A DNA stretch of 64,000 bases from Eledone cirrhosa (lineage: Eukaryota), in contig OZ024759.1 of NCBI GenBank assembly GCA_964016885.1, positions 930,001 to 994,000 of the forward strand. The letters are read 5' to 3'. A model generated the notes under the pieces. It did not search any database, was not told the origin of the DNA, and worked only from the letters and a program-made list of their open reading frames with translations. A program made the position numbers and the translations under genes. Below, one piece after another: positions 30,301 through 47,000 of the stretch (its first letter is position 1; each line of letters begins with the position of its first letter).

Positions 30301-33300
30301 CAGTCTAAATTAGTAACATGACACAGTCTATATTAGTAACATGACAGTCTATATTAGTAACATGACACAGTCTATATTAGTAACATGACAAAGTCTATAT
30401 TAGTAGTATGACAAAGTCTATATTAGTAACATGACAGTCTATATTAGTAACATGACAAAGTCTATATTAGTAGCATGACAAAGTCTATATTAGTAGCATG
30501 ATACAGTCTATATTAGTAACATGACACAGTCTATATTAGTAACATGACACAGTCTATATTAGTAACATGACAAAGTCTATATTAGTAGCATAACAAAGTC
30601 TATATTAGTAACATGACAAAGTCTATATTAGTAACATGACACAGTCTATATTAGTAACATGACAAAGTCTATATTAGGAACATGACAGTCTATATTAGTA
30701 ACATGACACAGTCTATATTAGTAACATGACAAAGTCTATATTAGTAACATGACACAGTCTATATTAGTAACATGACACAGTCTATATTAGTAACATGACA
30801 CAGTTTATATTAGTAACATGACAACGTCTATATTATTAACATGACAAAGTCTATATTAGTAACATGGCAGTCTATATTAGTAACATGACAAAGTCTATAT
30901 TAGTAACATGACACAGTCTATATTAGTAACATGACAAAGACTCTATTAGTAACATGACAAAGTCTATATTAGTAACATGACAGTCTATATTAGTAACATG
31001 ACAAAATCTATATTAGTAACATGACAGTCTATATTAGTAACATGACAAAGTCTATATTAGTAACATGACAGTCTATATCGTACCATGACACAGTCTATAT
31101 TAGTAACATGACATAGTCTATATTAGTAACATGACAAAGTCTATATTAGTAACATGACAGTCTATATTGTAACATGACACAGTCTATATTAGTAACATGA
31201 CACAGTCTATATTAGTAACATGACAGTCTATATTAGTAACATGACACAGTCTATATTAGTAACATGACACAGTCTATATTAGTAACATGACAGTCTATAT
31301 TAGTAGCATGGCAATGTCTATATTAGTAACATGACACAGTCTATATTAGTAACAAGACATAGTCTATATTAGTAACATGACATAGTCTATATTAGTAGCA
31401 TGACAAAGTCTATATTAGTAACATGACAAAGTCTATATTAGTAACATGACACAGTCTATCTTAGTAACATGACAAAGTCTATATTAGTAACATGACACAG
31501 TCTATATTAGTAACATGACAAAGTCTATATTAGTAGCATGACAAAGTCTATATTAGTAACATGACACAGTCTATATTAGTAACATGACAAAGTCTATATT
31601 AGTAACATGACAAAGTCTATATTAGTAACATGACAAAGTCTATATTAGTAACATGACTAAGTCTATATTAGTAACATGACACAGTCTATATTAGTAACAT
31701 GACAGTCTATATTAGTAGCATGACAAAGTCTATATTAGTAACATGACAAAGTCTATATTAGTAACATGACACAGTCTATATTAGTAACATGACACAGTCT
31801 ATATTAGTAACATGACAGTCTATATTAGTAACATGACAAAGTCTATATTAGTAACATGGCAAAGTCTATGTTAGTAACATGACAAAGTCTATATTAGTAA
31901 CATGACAGTCTATATTAGTAACATGACACATTCTATATTAGTAACATGACAAAGTCTATATTAGTAGCATGACAAAGTCTATATTAGTAACATGACAGTC
32001 TATATTAGTAACATGCCAAAGTCTATATTAGTAGCATGACAAAGTCTATATTAGTAACATGACAAAGTCTATATTAGTAGCATGACAAAGTCTATATTAG
32101 TAGCATGATACAGTCTATATTATTAACATGACACAGTCTATATTAGTAACATGACACAGTCTATATTAGTAACATGACAAAGTCTATATTAGTAGCATAA
32201 CAAAGTCTATATTAGTAACATGACAAAGTCTATATTAGTAACATGACACAGTCTATATTAGTAACATGACAAAGTCTATATTAGTAACATGACAGTCTAT
32301 ATTAGTAACATGACACAGTCTATATTAGTAACATGACAAAGTATATATTAGTAACATGACACAGTCTATATTAGTAACATGACACAGTCTATATTAGTAA
32401 CATGACACAGTTGATATTAGTAACATGACAAAGTCTATATTATTAACATGACAAAGTCTATATTAGTAACATGGCAGTCTATATTAGTAACATGACAAAG
32501 TCTATATTAGTAACATGACACAGTCTATATTAGTAACATGACAAAGACTCTATTAGTAACATGACAAAGTCTATATTAGTAACATGACAGTCTATATTAG
32601 TAACATGACAAAATCTATATTAGTAACATGACAGTCTATATTAGTAACATGACAAAGTCTATATTAGTAACATGACAGTCTATATCGTACCATGACACAG
32701 TCTATATTAGTAACATGACATAGTCTATATTAGTAACATGACAAAGTCTATATTAGTAACATGACAGTCTATATTGTAACATGACACAGTCTATATTAGT
32801 AACATGACACAGTCTATATTAGTAACATGACAGTCTATATTAGTAACATGACACAGTCTATATTAGTAACATGACACAGTCTATATTAGTAACATGACAG
32901 TCTATATTAGTAGCATGGCAATGTCTATATTAGTAACATGACACAGTCTATATTAGTAACAAGACATAGTCTATATTAGTAACATGACATAGTCTATATT
33001 AGTAGCATGACAAAGTCTATATTAGTAACATGACAAAGTCTATATTAGTAACATGACACAGTCTATCTTAGTAACATGACAAAGTCTATATTAGTAACAT
33101 GACACAGTCTATATTAGTAACATGACAAAGTCTATATTAGTAGCATGACAAAGTCTATATTAGTAACATGACACAGTCTATATTAGTAACATGACAAAGT
33201 CTATATTAGTAACATGACAAAGTCTATATTAGTAACATGACAAAGTCTATATTAGTAACATGACTAAGTCTATATTAGTAACATGACACAGTCTATATTA

Positions 33301-35060
33301 GTAACATGACAGTCTATATTAGTAGCATGACAAAGTCTATATTAGTAACATGACAAAGTCTATATTAGTAACATGACACAGTCTATATTAGTAACATGAC
33401 ACAGTGTATATTAGTAACATGACAGTGTATATTAGTAACATGACAAAGTCTATATTAGTAACATGGCAAAGTCTATGTTAGTAACATGACAAAGTCTATA
33501 TTAGTAACATGACAGTCTATATTAGTAACATGACACATTCTATATTAGTAACATGACAAAGTCTATATTAGTAGCATGACAAAGTCTATATTAGTAACAT
33601 GACAGTCTATATTAGTAACATGCCAAAGTCTATATTAGTAGCATGACAAAGTCTATATTAGTAGCATGACACAGTCTATATTAGTAACATGACACAGTCT
33701 ATATTAGTAACATGACACAGTCTATATTTGTAGCATGACAAAGTCTATATTAGTAACATGACAAAGTCTATATTAGTAACATGACACAGTCTATATTAGT
33801 AACATGACAAAGTCTATATTAGTAACATGACAAAGTCTATATTAGTAACATGACACAGTGTATATTAGTAACATGACACAGTCTATATTAGTAACATGAC
33901 AGTCTATATTAGTAGCATGACAAAGTCTATATTAGTAACATGACAAAGTCTATATTAGTAACATGACACAGTCTATATTAGTAACATGACACAATCTATA
34001 TTAGTAACATGACAGTCTATATTAGTAACATGACAAAGTCTATATTAGTAACATGGCAAAGTCTATGTTAGTAACATGACAAAGTCTATATTAGTAACAT
34101 GACAGTCTATATTAGTAACATGACACATTCTATATTAGTAACATGACAAAGTCTATATTAGTAGCATGACAAAGTCTATATTAGTAACATGACAGTCTAT
34201 ATTAGTAACATGCCAAAGTCTATATTAGTAGCATGACAAAGTCTATATTAGTAACATGACAAAGTCTATATTAGTAGCATGACAAAGTCTATATTAGTAG
34301 CATGATACAGTCTATATTAGTAACATGACACAGTCTATATTAGTAACATGACACAGTCTATATTAGTAACATGACAAAGTCTATATTAGTAGCATAACAA
34401 AGTCTATATTAGTAACATGACAAAGTCTATATTAGTAACATGACACAGTCTATATTAGTAACATGACAAAGTCTATATTAGTAACATGACAGTCTATATT
34501 AGTAACATGACACAGTCTATATTAGTAACATGACAAAGTCTATATTAGTAACATGACACAGTCTATATTAGTAACATGACACAGTCTATATTAGTAACAT
34601 GACACAGTTTATATTAGTAACATGACAAAGTCTATATTATTAACATGACAAAGTCTATATTAGTAACATGGCAGTCTATATTAGTAACATGACAAAGTCT
34701 ATATTAGTAACATGACACAGTCTATATTAGTAACATGACAAAGACTCTATTAGTAACATGACAAAGTCTATATTAGTAACATGACAGTCTATATTAGTAA
34801 CATGACAAAATCTATATTAGTAACATGACAGTCTATATTAGTAACATGACAAAGTCTATATTAGTAACATGACAGTCTATATCGTACCATGACACAGTCT
34901 ATATTAGTAACATGACATAGTCTATATTAGTAACATGACAAAGTCTATATTAGTAACATGACAGTCTATATTGTAACATGACACAGTCTATATTAGTAAC
35001 ATGACACAGTCTATATTAGTAACATGACAGTCTATATTAGTAACATGACACAGTCTATAT
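14660..35060 (+). repeat. Tandem duplication of a ~10.2-kb unit (offset 10193, then 10216)
   Basis: CATGACACATTC 14678/24871; GAGAAAG 15982/26175 and 18209/28402; TAGGAAC 20485/30678; GTTGAT 22218/32411; GATACAG 24111/34304; after a one-monomer indel, ATCGTACC 24667/34883. Confidence 0.93.
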
Positions 35061-38000
35061 TAGTAACATGACACAGTCTATATTAGTAACATGACAGTCT
35101 ATATTAGTAGCATGGCAATGTTTATATTAGTAACATGACACAGTCTATATTAGTAACAAGACATAGTCTATATTAGTAACATGACATAGTCTATATTAGT
35201 AGCATGACAAAGTCTATATTAGTAACATGACAAAGTCTATATTAGTAACATGACACAGTCTATCTTAGTAACATGACAAAGTCTATATTAGTAACATGAC
35301 ACAGTCTATATTAGTAACATGACAAAGTCTATATTAGTAGCATGACAAAGTCTATATTAGTAACATGACACAGTCTATATTAGTAACATGACAAAGTCTA
35401 TATTAGTAACATGACAAAGTCTATATTAGTAACATGACAGACTAAGTCTATATTAGTAACATGACACAGTCTATATTAGTAACATGACAGTCTATATTAG
35501 TAGCATGACAAAGTCTATATTAGTAACATGACAAAGTCTATATTAGTAACATGACACAGTCTATATTAGTAACATGACACAGTGTATATTAGTAACATGA
35601 CAGTGTATATTAGTAACATGACAAAGTCTATATTAGTAACATGGCAAAGTCTATGTTAGTAACATGACAAAGTCTATATTAGTAACATGACAGTCTATAT
35701 TAGTAACATGACACATTCTATATTAGTAACATGACAAAGTCTATATTAGTAGCATGACAAAGTCTATATTAGTAACATGACAGTCTATATTAGTAACATG
35801 CCAAAGTCTATATTAGTAGCATGACAAAGTCTATATTAGTAGCATGACACAGTCTATATTAGTAACATGACACAGTCTATATTAGTAACATGACACAGTC
35901 TATATTTGTAGCATGACAAAGTCTATATTAGTAACATGACAAAGTCTATATTAGTAACATGACACAGTCTATATTAGTAACATGACAAAGTCTATATTAG
36001 TAACATGACAAAGTGTATATTAGTAACATGACACAGTGTATATTAGTAATATGACAGTCTATATTAGTAGCATGACAAAGTCTATATTAGTAACATGACA
36101 AAGTCTATATTAGTAACATGACACAGTCTATATTAGTAACATGACACAGTCTATATTAGTAACATGACAAAGTCTATATTAGTAACATGGCAAAGTCTAT
36201 ATTAGTAACATGACAAAGTCTATATTAGTAACATGACAAGGTCTATATTAGTAACATGACACAGTCTATATTAGTAACATGACAAAGTCTATATTAGTAA
36301 CATGACACAGTCTATATTAGTAACATGCCAAAGTCTATATTAGTAGCATGACAAAGTCTATATTAGTAGCATGACACAGTCTATATTAGTAACATGACAC
36401 AGTCTATATTAGTAACATGACACAGTCTATATTAGTAGCATGACAAAGTCTATATTAGTAACATGACAAAGTCTATATTAGTAACATGAGAAAGTCTATA
36501 TTAGTAACATGACACAGTCTATATTAGTAACATGACAAAGTCTATATTAGTAACATGACACAGTCTATATTAGTAACATGACACAGTCTATATTAGTAAC
36601 ATGACAAAGTCTATATTAGTAGCATGACCAAGTCTATATTAGTAACATGACAAAGTCTATATTAGTAACATGACACAGTCTATATTAGTAACATGACAAA
36701 GTCTATATTAGTAACATGACGGTCTATATTAGTAACATGACAGTCTATATTAGTAGCATGACAAAGTCTATATTAGTAACATGACACAGTCTATATTAGT
36801 AACATGACACAGTCTATATTAGTAACATGACACAGTCTATATTAGTAACATGACAAAGTCTATATTAGTAGCATGACAAAGTCTATATTAGTAACATGAC
36901 ACAGTCTATATTAGTAACATGACACAGTCTATATTAGTAACATGACATAGTCTATATTAGTAACATGACAAAGTCTATATTAGTAGCATGACACAGTCTA
37001 AATTAGTAACATGACACAGTCTATATTAGTAACATGACAGTCTATATTAGTAACATGACACAGTCTATATTAGTAACATGACAAAGTCTATATTAGTAGT
37101 ATGACAAAGTCTATATTAGTAACATGACAGTCTATATTAGTAACATGACAAAGTCTATATTAGTAGCATGACAAAGTCTATATTAGTAGCATGATACAGT
37201 CTTTATTAGTAACATGACACAGTCTATATTAGTAACATGACACAGTCTATATTAGTAACATGACAAAGTCTATATTAGTAGCATAACAAAGTCTATATTA
37301 GTAACATGACAAAGTCTATATTAGTAACATGACACAGTCTATATTAGTAACATGACAAAGTCTATATTAGTAACATGACAGTCTATATTAGTAACATGAC
37401 AAAGTCTATATTAGTAACATGACAGTCTATATTAGTAACATGACACAGTCTATATTAGTAACATGACAAAGTCTATATTAGTAACATGACACAGTCTATA
37501 TTAGTAACATGACACAGTTTATATTAGTAACATGACAAAGTCTATATTATTAACATGACAAAGTCTATATTAGTAACATGGCAGTCTATATTAGTAACAT
37601 GACAAAGTCTATATTAGTAACATGACACAGTCTATATTAGTAACATGACAAAGACTCTATTAGTAACATGACAAAGTCTATATTAGTAACATGACAGTCT
37701 ATATTAGTAACATGACAAAATCTATATTAGTAACATGACAGTCTATATTAGTAACATGACAAAGTCTATATTAGTAACATGACAGTCTATATCGTACCAT
37801 GACACAGTCTATATTAGTAACATGACATAGTCTATATTAGTAACATGACAAAGTCTATATTAGTAACATGACAGTCTATATTGTAACATGACACAGTCTA
37901 TATTAGTAACATGACACAGTCTATATTAGTAACATGACAGTCTATATTAGTAACATGACACGGTCTATATTAGTAACATGACACAGTCTATATTAGTAAC

Positions 38001-41000
38001 ATGACAGTCTATATTAGTAGCATGGCAATGTCTATATTAGTAACATGACAAAGTCTATATTAGTAGCATAACAAAGTCTATATTAGTAACATGACAAAGT
38101 CTATATTAGTAACATGACACAGTCTATATTAGTAACATGACAAAGTCTATATTAGTAACATGACAGTCTATATTAGTAACATGACACAGTCTATATTAGT
38201 AACATGACAAAGTCTATATTAGTAACATGACACAGTCTATATTAGTAACATGACACAGTCTATATTAGTAACATGACACAGTTTATATTAGTAACATGAC
38301 AAAGTCTATATTATTAACATGACAAAGTCTATATTAGTAACATGGCAGTCTATATTAGTAACATGACAAAGTCTATATTAGTAACATGACACAGTCTATA
38401 TTAGTAACATGACAAAGACTCTATTAGTAACATGACAAAGTCTATATTAGTAACATGACAGTCTATATTAGTAACATGACAAAATCTATATTAGTAACAT
38501 GACAGTCTATATTAGTAACATGACAAAGTCTATATTAGTAACATGACAGTCTATATCGTACCATGACACAGTCTATATTAGTAACATGACATAGTCTATA
38601 TTAGTAACATGACAAAGTCTATATTAGTAACATGACAGTCTATATTGTAACATGACACAGTCTATATTAGTAACATGACACAGTCTATATTAGTAACATG
38701 ACAGACTATATTAGTAACATGACACAGTCTATATTAGTAACATGACACAGTCTATATTAGTAACATGACAGTCTATATTAGTAGCATGGCAATGTCTATA
38801 TTAGTAACATGACACAGTCTATATTAGTAACAAGACATAGTCTATATTAGTAACATGACATAGTCTATATTAGTAGCATGACAAAGTCTATCTTAGTAAC
38901 ATGACAAAGTCTATATTAGTAACATGACACAGTCTATATTAGTAACATGACAAAGTCTATATTAGTAGCATGACAAAGTCTATATTAGTAACATGACACA
39001 GTCTATATTAGTAACATGACAAAGTCTATATTAGTAACATGACAAAGTCTATATTAGTAACATGACAAAGTCTATATTAGTAACATGACTAAGTCTATAT
39101 TAGTAACATGACACAGTCTATATTAGTAACATGACAGTCTATATTAGTAGCATGACAAAGTCTATATTAGTAACATGACAAAGTCTATATTAGTAACATG
39201 ACACAGTCTATATTAGTAACATGACACAGTGTATATTAGTAACATGACAGTGTATATTAGTAACATGACAAAGTCTATATTAGTAACATGGCAAAGTCTA
39301 TGTTAGTAACATGACAAAGTCTATATTAGTAACATGACAGTCTATATTAGTAACATGACACATTCTATATTAGTAACATGACAAAGTCTATATTAGTAGC
39401 ATGACAAAGTCTATATTAGTAACATGACAGTCTATATTAGTAACATGCCAAAGTCTATATTAGTAGCATGACAAAGTCTATATTAGTAGCATGACACAGT
39501 CTATATTAGTAACATGACACAGTCTATATTAGTAACATGACACAGTCTATATTTGTAGCATGACAAAGTCTATATTAGTAACATGACAAAGTCTATATTA
39601 GTAACATGACACAGTCTATATTAGTAACATGACAAAGTCTATATTAGTAACATGACAAAGTGTATATTAGTAACATGACACAGTGTATATTAGTAATATG
39701 ACAGTCTATATTAGTAGCATGACAAAGTCTATATTAGTAACATGACAAAGTTTATATTAGTAACATGACACAGTCTATATTAGTAACATGACACAGTCTA
39801 TATTAGTAACATGACACAGTCTATATTAGTAACATGACAAAGTCTATATTAGTAACATGGCAAAGTCTATATTAGTAACATGACAAAGTCTATATTAGTA
39901 ACATGACAAGGTCTATATTAGTAACATGACACAGTCTATATTAGTAACATGACAAAGTCTATATTAGTAACATGACACAGTCTATATTAGTAACATGCCA
40001 AAGTCTATATTAGTAGCATGACAAAGTCTATATTAGTAGCATGACACAGTCTATATTAGTAACATGACACAGTCTATATTAGTAACATGACACAGTCTAT
40101 ATTAGTAGCATGACAAAGTCTATATTAGTAACATGACAAAGTCTATATTAGTAACATGAGAAAGTCTATATTAGTAACATGACACAGTCTATATTAGTAA
40201 CATGACAAAGTCTATATTAGTAACATGACACAGTCTATATTAGTAACATGACACAGTCTATATTAGTAACATGACAAAGTCTATATTAGTAGCATGACCA
40301 AGTCTATATTAGTAACATGACAAAGTCTATATTAGTAACATGACACAGTCTATATTAGTAACATGACAAAGTCTATATTAGTAACATGACGGTCTATATT
40401 AGTAACATGACAGTCTATATTAGTAGCATGACAAAGTCTATATTAGTAACATGACACAGTCGATATTAGTAACATGACACAGTCTATATTAGTAACATGA
40501 CACAGTCTATATTAGTAACATGACAAAGTCTATATTAGTAGCATGACAAAGTCTATATTAGTAACATGACACAGTCTATATTAGTAACATGACACAGTCT
40601 ATATTAGTAACATGACATAGTCTATATTAGTAACATGACAAAGTCTATATTAGTAGCATGACACAGTCTAAATTAGTAACATGACACAGTCTATATTAGT
40701 AACATGACAGTCTATATTAGTAACATGACACAGTCTATATTAGTAACATGACAAAGTCTATATTAGTAGTATGACAAAGTCTATATTAGTAACATGACAG
40801 TCTATATTAGTAACATGACAAAGTCTATATTAGTAGCATGACAAAGTCTATATTAGTAGCATGATACAGTCTATATTAGTAACATGACACAGTCTATATT
40901 AGTAACATGACAGAGTCTATATTAGTAACATGACAAAGTCTATATTAGTAGCATAACAAAGTCTATATTAGTAACATGACAAAGTCTATATTAGTAACAT

Positions 41001-44000
41001 GACACAGTCTATATTAGTAACATGACAAAGTCTATATTAGTAACATGACAGTCTATATTAGTAACATGACACAGTCTATATTAGTAACATGACAAAGTCT
41101 ATATTAGTAACATGACAGTCTATATTAGTAACATGACACAGTCTATATTAGTAACATGACAAAGTCTATATTAGTAACATGACACAGTCTATATTAGTAA
41201 CATGACACAGTTTATATTAGTAACATGACAAAGTCTATATTATTAACATGACAAAGTCTATATTAGTAACATGGCAGTCTATATTAGTAACATGACAAAG
41301 TCTATATTAGTAACATGACACAGTCTATATTAGTAACATGACAAAGACTCTATTAGTAACATGACAAAGTCTATATTAGTAACATGACAGTCTATATTAG
41401 TAACATGACAAAATCTATATTAGTAACATGACAGTCTATATTAGTAACATGACAAAGTCTATATTAGTAACATGACAGTCTATATCGTACCATGACACAG
41501 TCTATATTAGTAACATGACATAGTCTATATTAGTAACATGACAAAGTCTATATTAGTAACATGACAGTCTATATTGTAACATGACACAGTCTATATTAGT
41601 AACATGACACAGTCTATATTAGTAACATGACAGTCTATATTAGTAACATGACACGGTCTATATTAGTAACATGACACAGTCTATATTAGTAACATGACAG
41701 TCTATATTAGTAGCATGGCAATGTCTATATTAGTAACATGACACAGTCTATATTAGTAACAAGACATAGTCTATATTAGTAACATGACATAGTCTATATT
41801 AGTAGCATGACAAAGTCTATATTAGTAACATGACAAAGTCTATATTAGTAACATGACACAGTCTATCTTAGTAACATGACAAAGTCTATATTAGTAACAT
41901 GACACAGTCTATATTAGTAACATGACAAAGTCTATATTAGTAGCATGACAAAGTCTATATTAGTAACATGACACAGTCTATATTAGTAACATGACAAAGT
42001 CTATATTAGTAACATGACAAAGTCTATATTAGTAACATGACAAAGTCTATATTAGTAACATGACTAAGTCTATATTAGTAACATGACACAGTCTATATTA
42101 GTAACATGACAGTCTATATTAGTAGCATGACAAAGTCTATATTAGTAACATGACAAAGTCTATATTAGTAACATGACACAGTCTATATTAGTAACATGAC
42201 ACAGTCTATATTAGTAACATGACAGTCTATATTAGTAACATGACAAAGTCTATATTAGTAACATGGCAAAGTCTATGTTAGTAACATGACAAAGTCTATA
42301 TTAGTAGCATGACAGTCTATATTAGTAACATGACACATTCTATATTAGTAACATGACAAAGTCTATATTAGTAGCATGACAAAGTCTATATTAGTAACAT
42401 GACAGTCTATATTAGTAACATGCCAAAGTCTATATTAGTAGCATGACAAAGTCTATATTAGTAACATGACAAAGTCTATATTAGTAGCATGACAAAGTCT
42501 ATATTAGTAGCATGATACAGTCTATATTAGTAACATGACACAGTCTATATTAGTAACATGACACAGTCTATATTAGTAACATGACAAAGTCTATATTAGT
42601 AGCATAACAAAGTCTATATTAGTAACCTGACAAAGTCTATATTAGTAACATGACACAGTCTATATTAGTAACATGACAAAGTCTATATTAGTAACATGAC
42701 AGTCTATATTAGTAACATGACACAGTCTATATTAGTAACATGACAAAGTCTATATTAGTAACATGACACAGTCTATATTAGTAACATGACAAAGTCTATA
42801 TTATTAACATGGCAAAGTCTATATTAGTAACATGGCAGTCTATATTAGTAACATGACAAAGTCTATATTAGTAACATGACACAGTCTATATTAGTAACAT
42901 GACAAAGACTCTATTAGTAACATGACAAAGTCTATATTAGTAACATGACAGTCTATATTAGTAACATGACAAAATCTATATTAGTAACATGACAGTCTAT
43001 ATTAGTAACATGACAAAGTCTATATTAGTAACATGACAGTCTATATCGTACCATGACACAGTCTATATTAGTAACATGACATAGTCTATATTAGTAACAT
43101 GACAAAGTCTATATTAGTAACATGACACAGTCTATATTAGTAACATGACACAGTCTATATTAGTAACATGACAGTCTATATTAGTAGCATGGCAATGTCT
43201 ATATTAGTAACATGACACAGTCTATATTAGTAACAAGACATAGTCTATATTAGTAACATGACATAGTCTATATTAGTAGCATGACAAAGTCTATATTAGT
43301 AACATGACAAAGTCTATATTAGTAACATGACACAGTCTATCTTAGTAACATGACAAAGTCTATATTAGTAACATGACACAGTCTATATTAGTAACATGAC
43401 AAAGTATATATTAGTAGCATGACAAAGTCTATATTAGTAACATGACACAGTCTATATTAGTAACATGACAAAGTCTATATTAGTAACATGACAAAGTCTA
43501 TATTAGTAACATGACAAAGTCTATATTAGTAACATGACTAAGTCTATATTAGTAACATGACACAGTCTATATTAGTAACATGACAGTCTATATTAGTAGC
43601 ATGACAAAGTCTATATTAGTAACATGACAAAGTCTATATTAGTAACATGACACAGTCTATATTAGTAACATGACACAGTCTATATTAGTAACATGACAGT
43701 CTATATTAGTAACATGACAAAGTCTATATTAGTAACATGGCAAAGTCTATGTTAGTAACATGACAAAGTCTATATTAGTAACATGACAGTCTATATTAGT
43801 AACATGACACATTCTATATTAGTAACATGACAAAGTCTATATTAGTAGCATGACAAAGTCTATATTAGTAACATGACAGTCTATATTAGTAACATGCCAA
43901 AGTCTATATTAGTTACATGACAAAGTCTATATTAGTAACATGACAAAGTCTATATTAGTAACATGACACAGTCTATATTAGTAACATGACACAGTCTATA

Positions 44001-47000
44001 TTAGTAACATGACAAAGTCTATATTAGTAGCATGACCAAGTCTATATTAGTAACATGACAAAGTCTATATTAGTAACATGACACAGTCTATATTAGTAAC
44101 ATGACAAAGTCTATATTAGTAACATGACGGTCTATATTAGTAACATGACAGTCTATATTAGTAGCATGACAAAGTCTATATTAGTAACATGACACAGTCT
44201 ATATTAGTAACATGACACAGTCTATATTAGTAACATGACACAGTCTATATTAGTAACATGACAAAGTCTATATTAGTAGCATGGCAAAGTCTATATTAGT
44301 AACATGACACAGTCTATATCAGTAACATGACACAGTCTATATTAGTAACATGACATAGTCTATATTAGTAACATGACAAAGTCTATATTAGTAGCATGAC
44401 ACAGTCTAAATTAGTAACATGACACAGTCTATATTAGTAACATGACAGTCTATATTAGTAACATGACACAGTCTATATTAGTAACATGACAAAGTCTATA
44501 TTAGTAGTATGACAAAGACTATATTAGTAACATGACAGTCTATATTAGTAACATGACAAAGTCTATATTAGTAGCATGACAAAGTCTATATTAGTAGCAT
44601 GACACAGTCTATATTAGTAACATGACACAGTCTATATTAGTAACATGACACAGTCTATATTAGTAACATGACAAAGTCTATATTAGTAGCATGACAAAGT
44701 CTATATTAGTAACATGACACAGTCTATATTAGTAACATGACAGTCTATATTAGTAACATGACACAGTCTATATTAGTAACATGACATAGTCTATATTAGT
44801 AACATGACAAAGTCTATATTAGTAACATGACAGTCTATATTGTAACATGACACAGTCTATATTAGTAACATGACACAGTCTATATTAGTAACATGACAGT
44901 CTATATTAGTAACATGACACAGTCTATATTAGTAACATGACACAGTCTATATTAGTAACATGACAGTCTATATTAGTAGCATGGCAATGTCTATATTAGT
45001 AACATGACACAGTCTATATTAGTAACAAGACATAGTCTATATTAGTAACATGACATAGTCTATATTAGTAGCATGACAAAGTCTATATTAGTAACATGAC
45101 AAAGTCTATATTAGTAACATGACACAGTCTATCTTAGTAACATGACAAAGTCTATATTAGTAACATGACACAGTCTATATTAGTAACATGACAAAGTCTA
45201 TATTAGTAGCATGACAAAGTCTATATTAGTAACATGACACAGTCTATATTAGTAACATGACAAAGTCTATATTAGTAACATGACAAAGTCTATATTAGTA
45301 ACATGACAAAGTCTATATTAGTAACATGACTAAGTCTATATTAGTAACATGACACAGTCTATATTAGTAACATGACAGTCTATATTAGTAGCATGACAAA
45401 GTCTATATTAGTAACATGACAAAGTCTATATTAGTAACATGACACAGTCTATATTAGTAACATGACACAGTCTATATTAGTAACATGACAGTCTATATTA
45501 TAACATGACAAAGTCTATATTAGTAACATGGCAAAGTCTATGTTAGTAACATGACAAAGTCTATATTAGTAACATGACAGTCTATATTAGTAACATGACA
45601 CATTCTATATTAGTAACATGACAAAGTCTATATTAGTAGCATGACAAAGTCTATATTAGTAACATGACAGTCTATATTAGTAACATGCCAAAGTCTATAT
45701 TAGTAGCATGACAAAGTCTATATTAGTGACATGACAAAGTCTATATTAGTAGCATGACAAAGTCTATATTAGTAGCATGATACAGTCTATATTATTAACA
45801 TGACACAGTCTATATTAGTAACATGACACAGTCTATATTAGTAACATGACAAAGTCTATATTAGTAGCATAACAAAGTCTATATTAGTAACATGACAAAG
45901 TCTATATTAGTAACATGACACAGTCTATATTAGTAACATGACAAAGTCTATATTAGTAACATGACAGTCTATATTAGTAACATGACACAGTCTATATTAG
46001 TAACATGACAAAGTATATATTAGTAACATGACACAGTCTATATTAGTAACATGACACAGTCTATATTAGTAACATGACACAGTTGATATTAGTAACATGA
46101 CAAAGTCTATATTATTAACATGACAAAGTCTATATTAGTAACATGGCAGTCTATATTAGTAACATGACAAAGTCTATATTAGTAACATGACACAGTCTAT
46201 ATTAGTAACATGACAAAGACTCTATTAGTAACATGACAAAGTCTATATTAGTAACATGACAGTCTATATTAGTAACATGACAAAATCTATATTAGTAACA
46301 TGACAGTCTATATTAGTAACATGACAAAGTCTATATTAGTAACATGACAGTCTATATCGTACCATGACACAGTCTATATTAGTAACATGACATAGTCTAT
46401 ATTAGTAACATGACAAAGTCTATATTAGTAACATGACAGTCTATATTGTAACATGACACAGTCTATATTAGTAACATGACACAGTCTATATTAGTAACAT
46501 GACAGTCTATATTAGTAACATGACACAGTCTATATTAGTAACATGACACAGTCTATATTAGTAACATGACAGTCTATATTAGTAGCATGGCAATGTCTAT
46601 ATTAGTAACATGACACAGTCTATATTAGTAACAAGACATAGTCTATATTAGTAACATGACATAGTCTATATTAGTAGCATGACAAAGTCTATATTAGTAA
46701 CATGACAAAGTCTATATTAGTAACATGACACAGTCTATCTTAGTAACATGACAAAGTCTATATTAGTAACATGACACAGTCTATATTAGTAACATGACAA
46801 AGTCTATATTAGTAGCATGACAAAGTCTATATTAGTAACATGACACAGTCTATATTAGTAACATGACAAAGTCTATATTAGTAACATGACAAAGTCTATA
46901 TTAGTAACATGACAAAGTCTATATTAGTAACATGACTAAGTCTATATTAGTAACATGACACAGTCTATATTAGTAACATGACAGTCTATATTAGTAGCAT

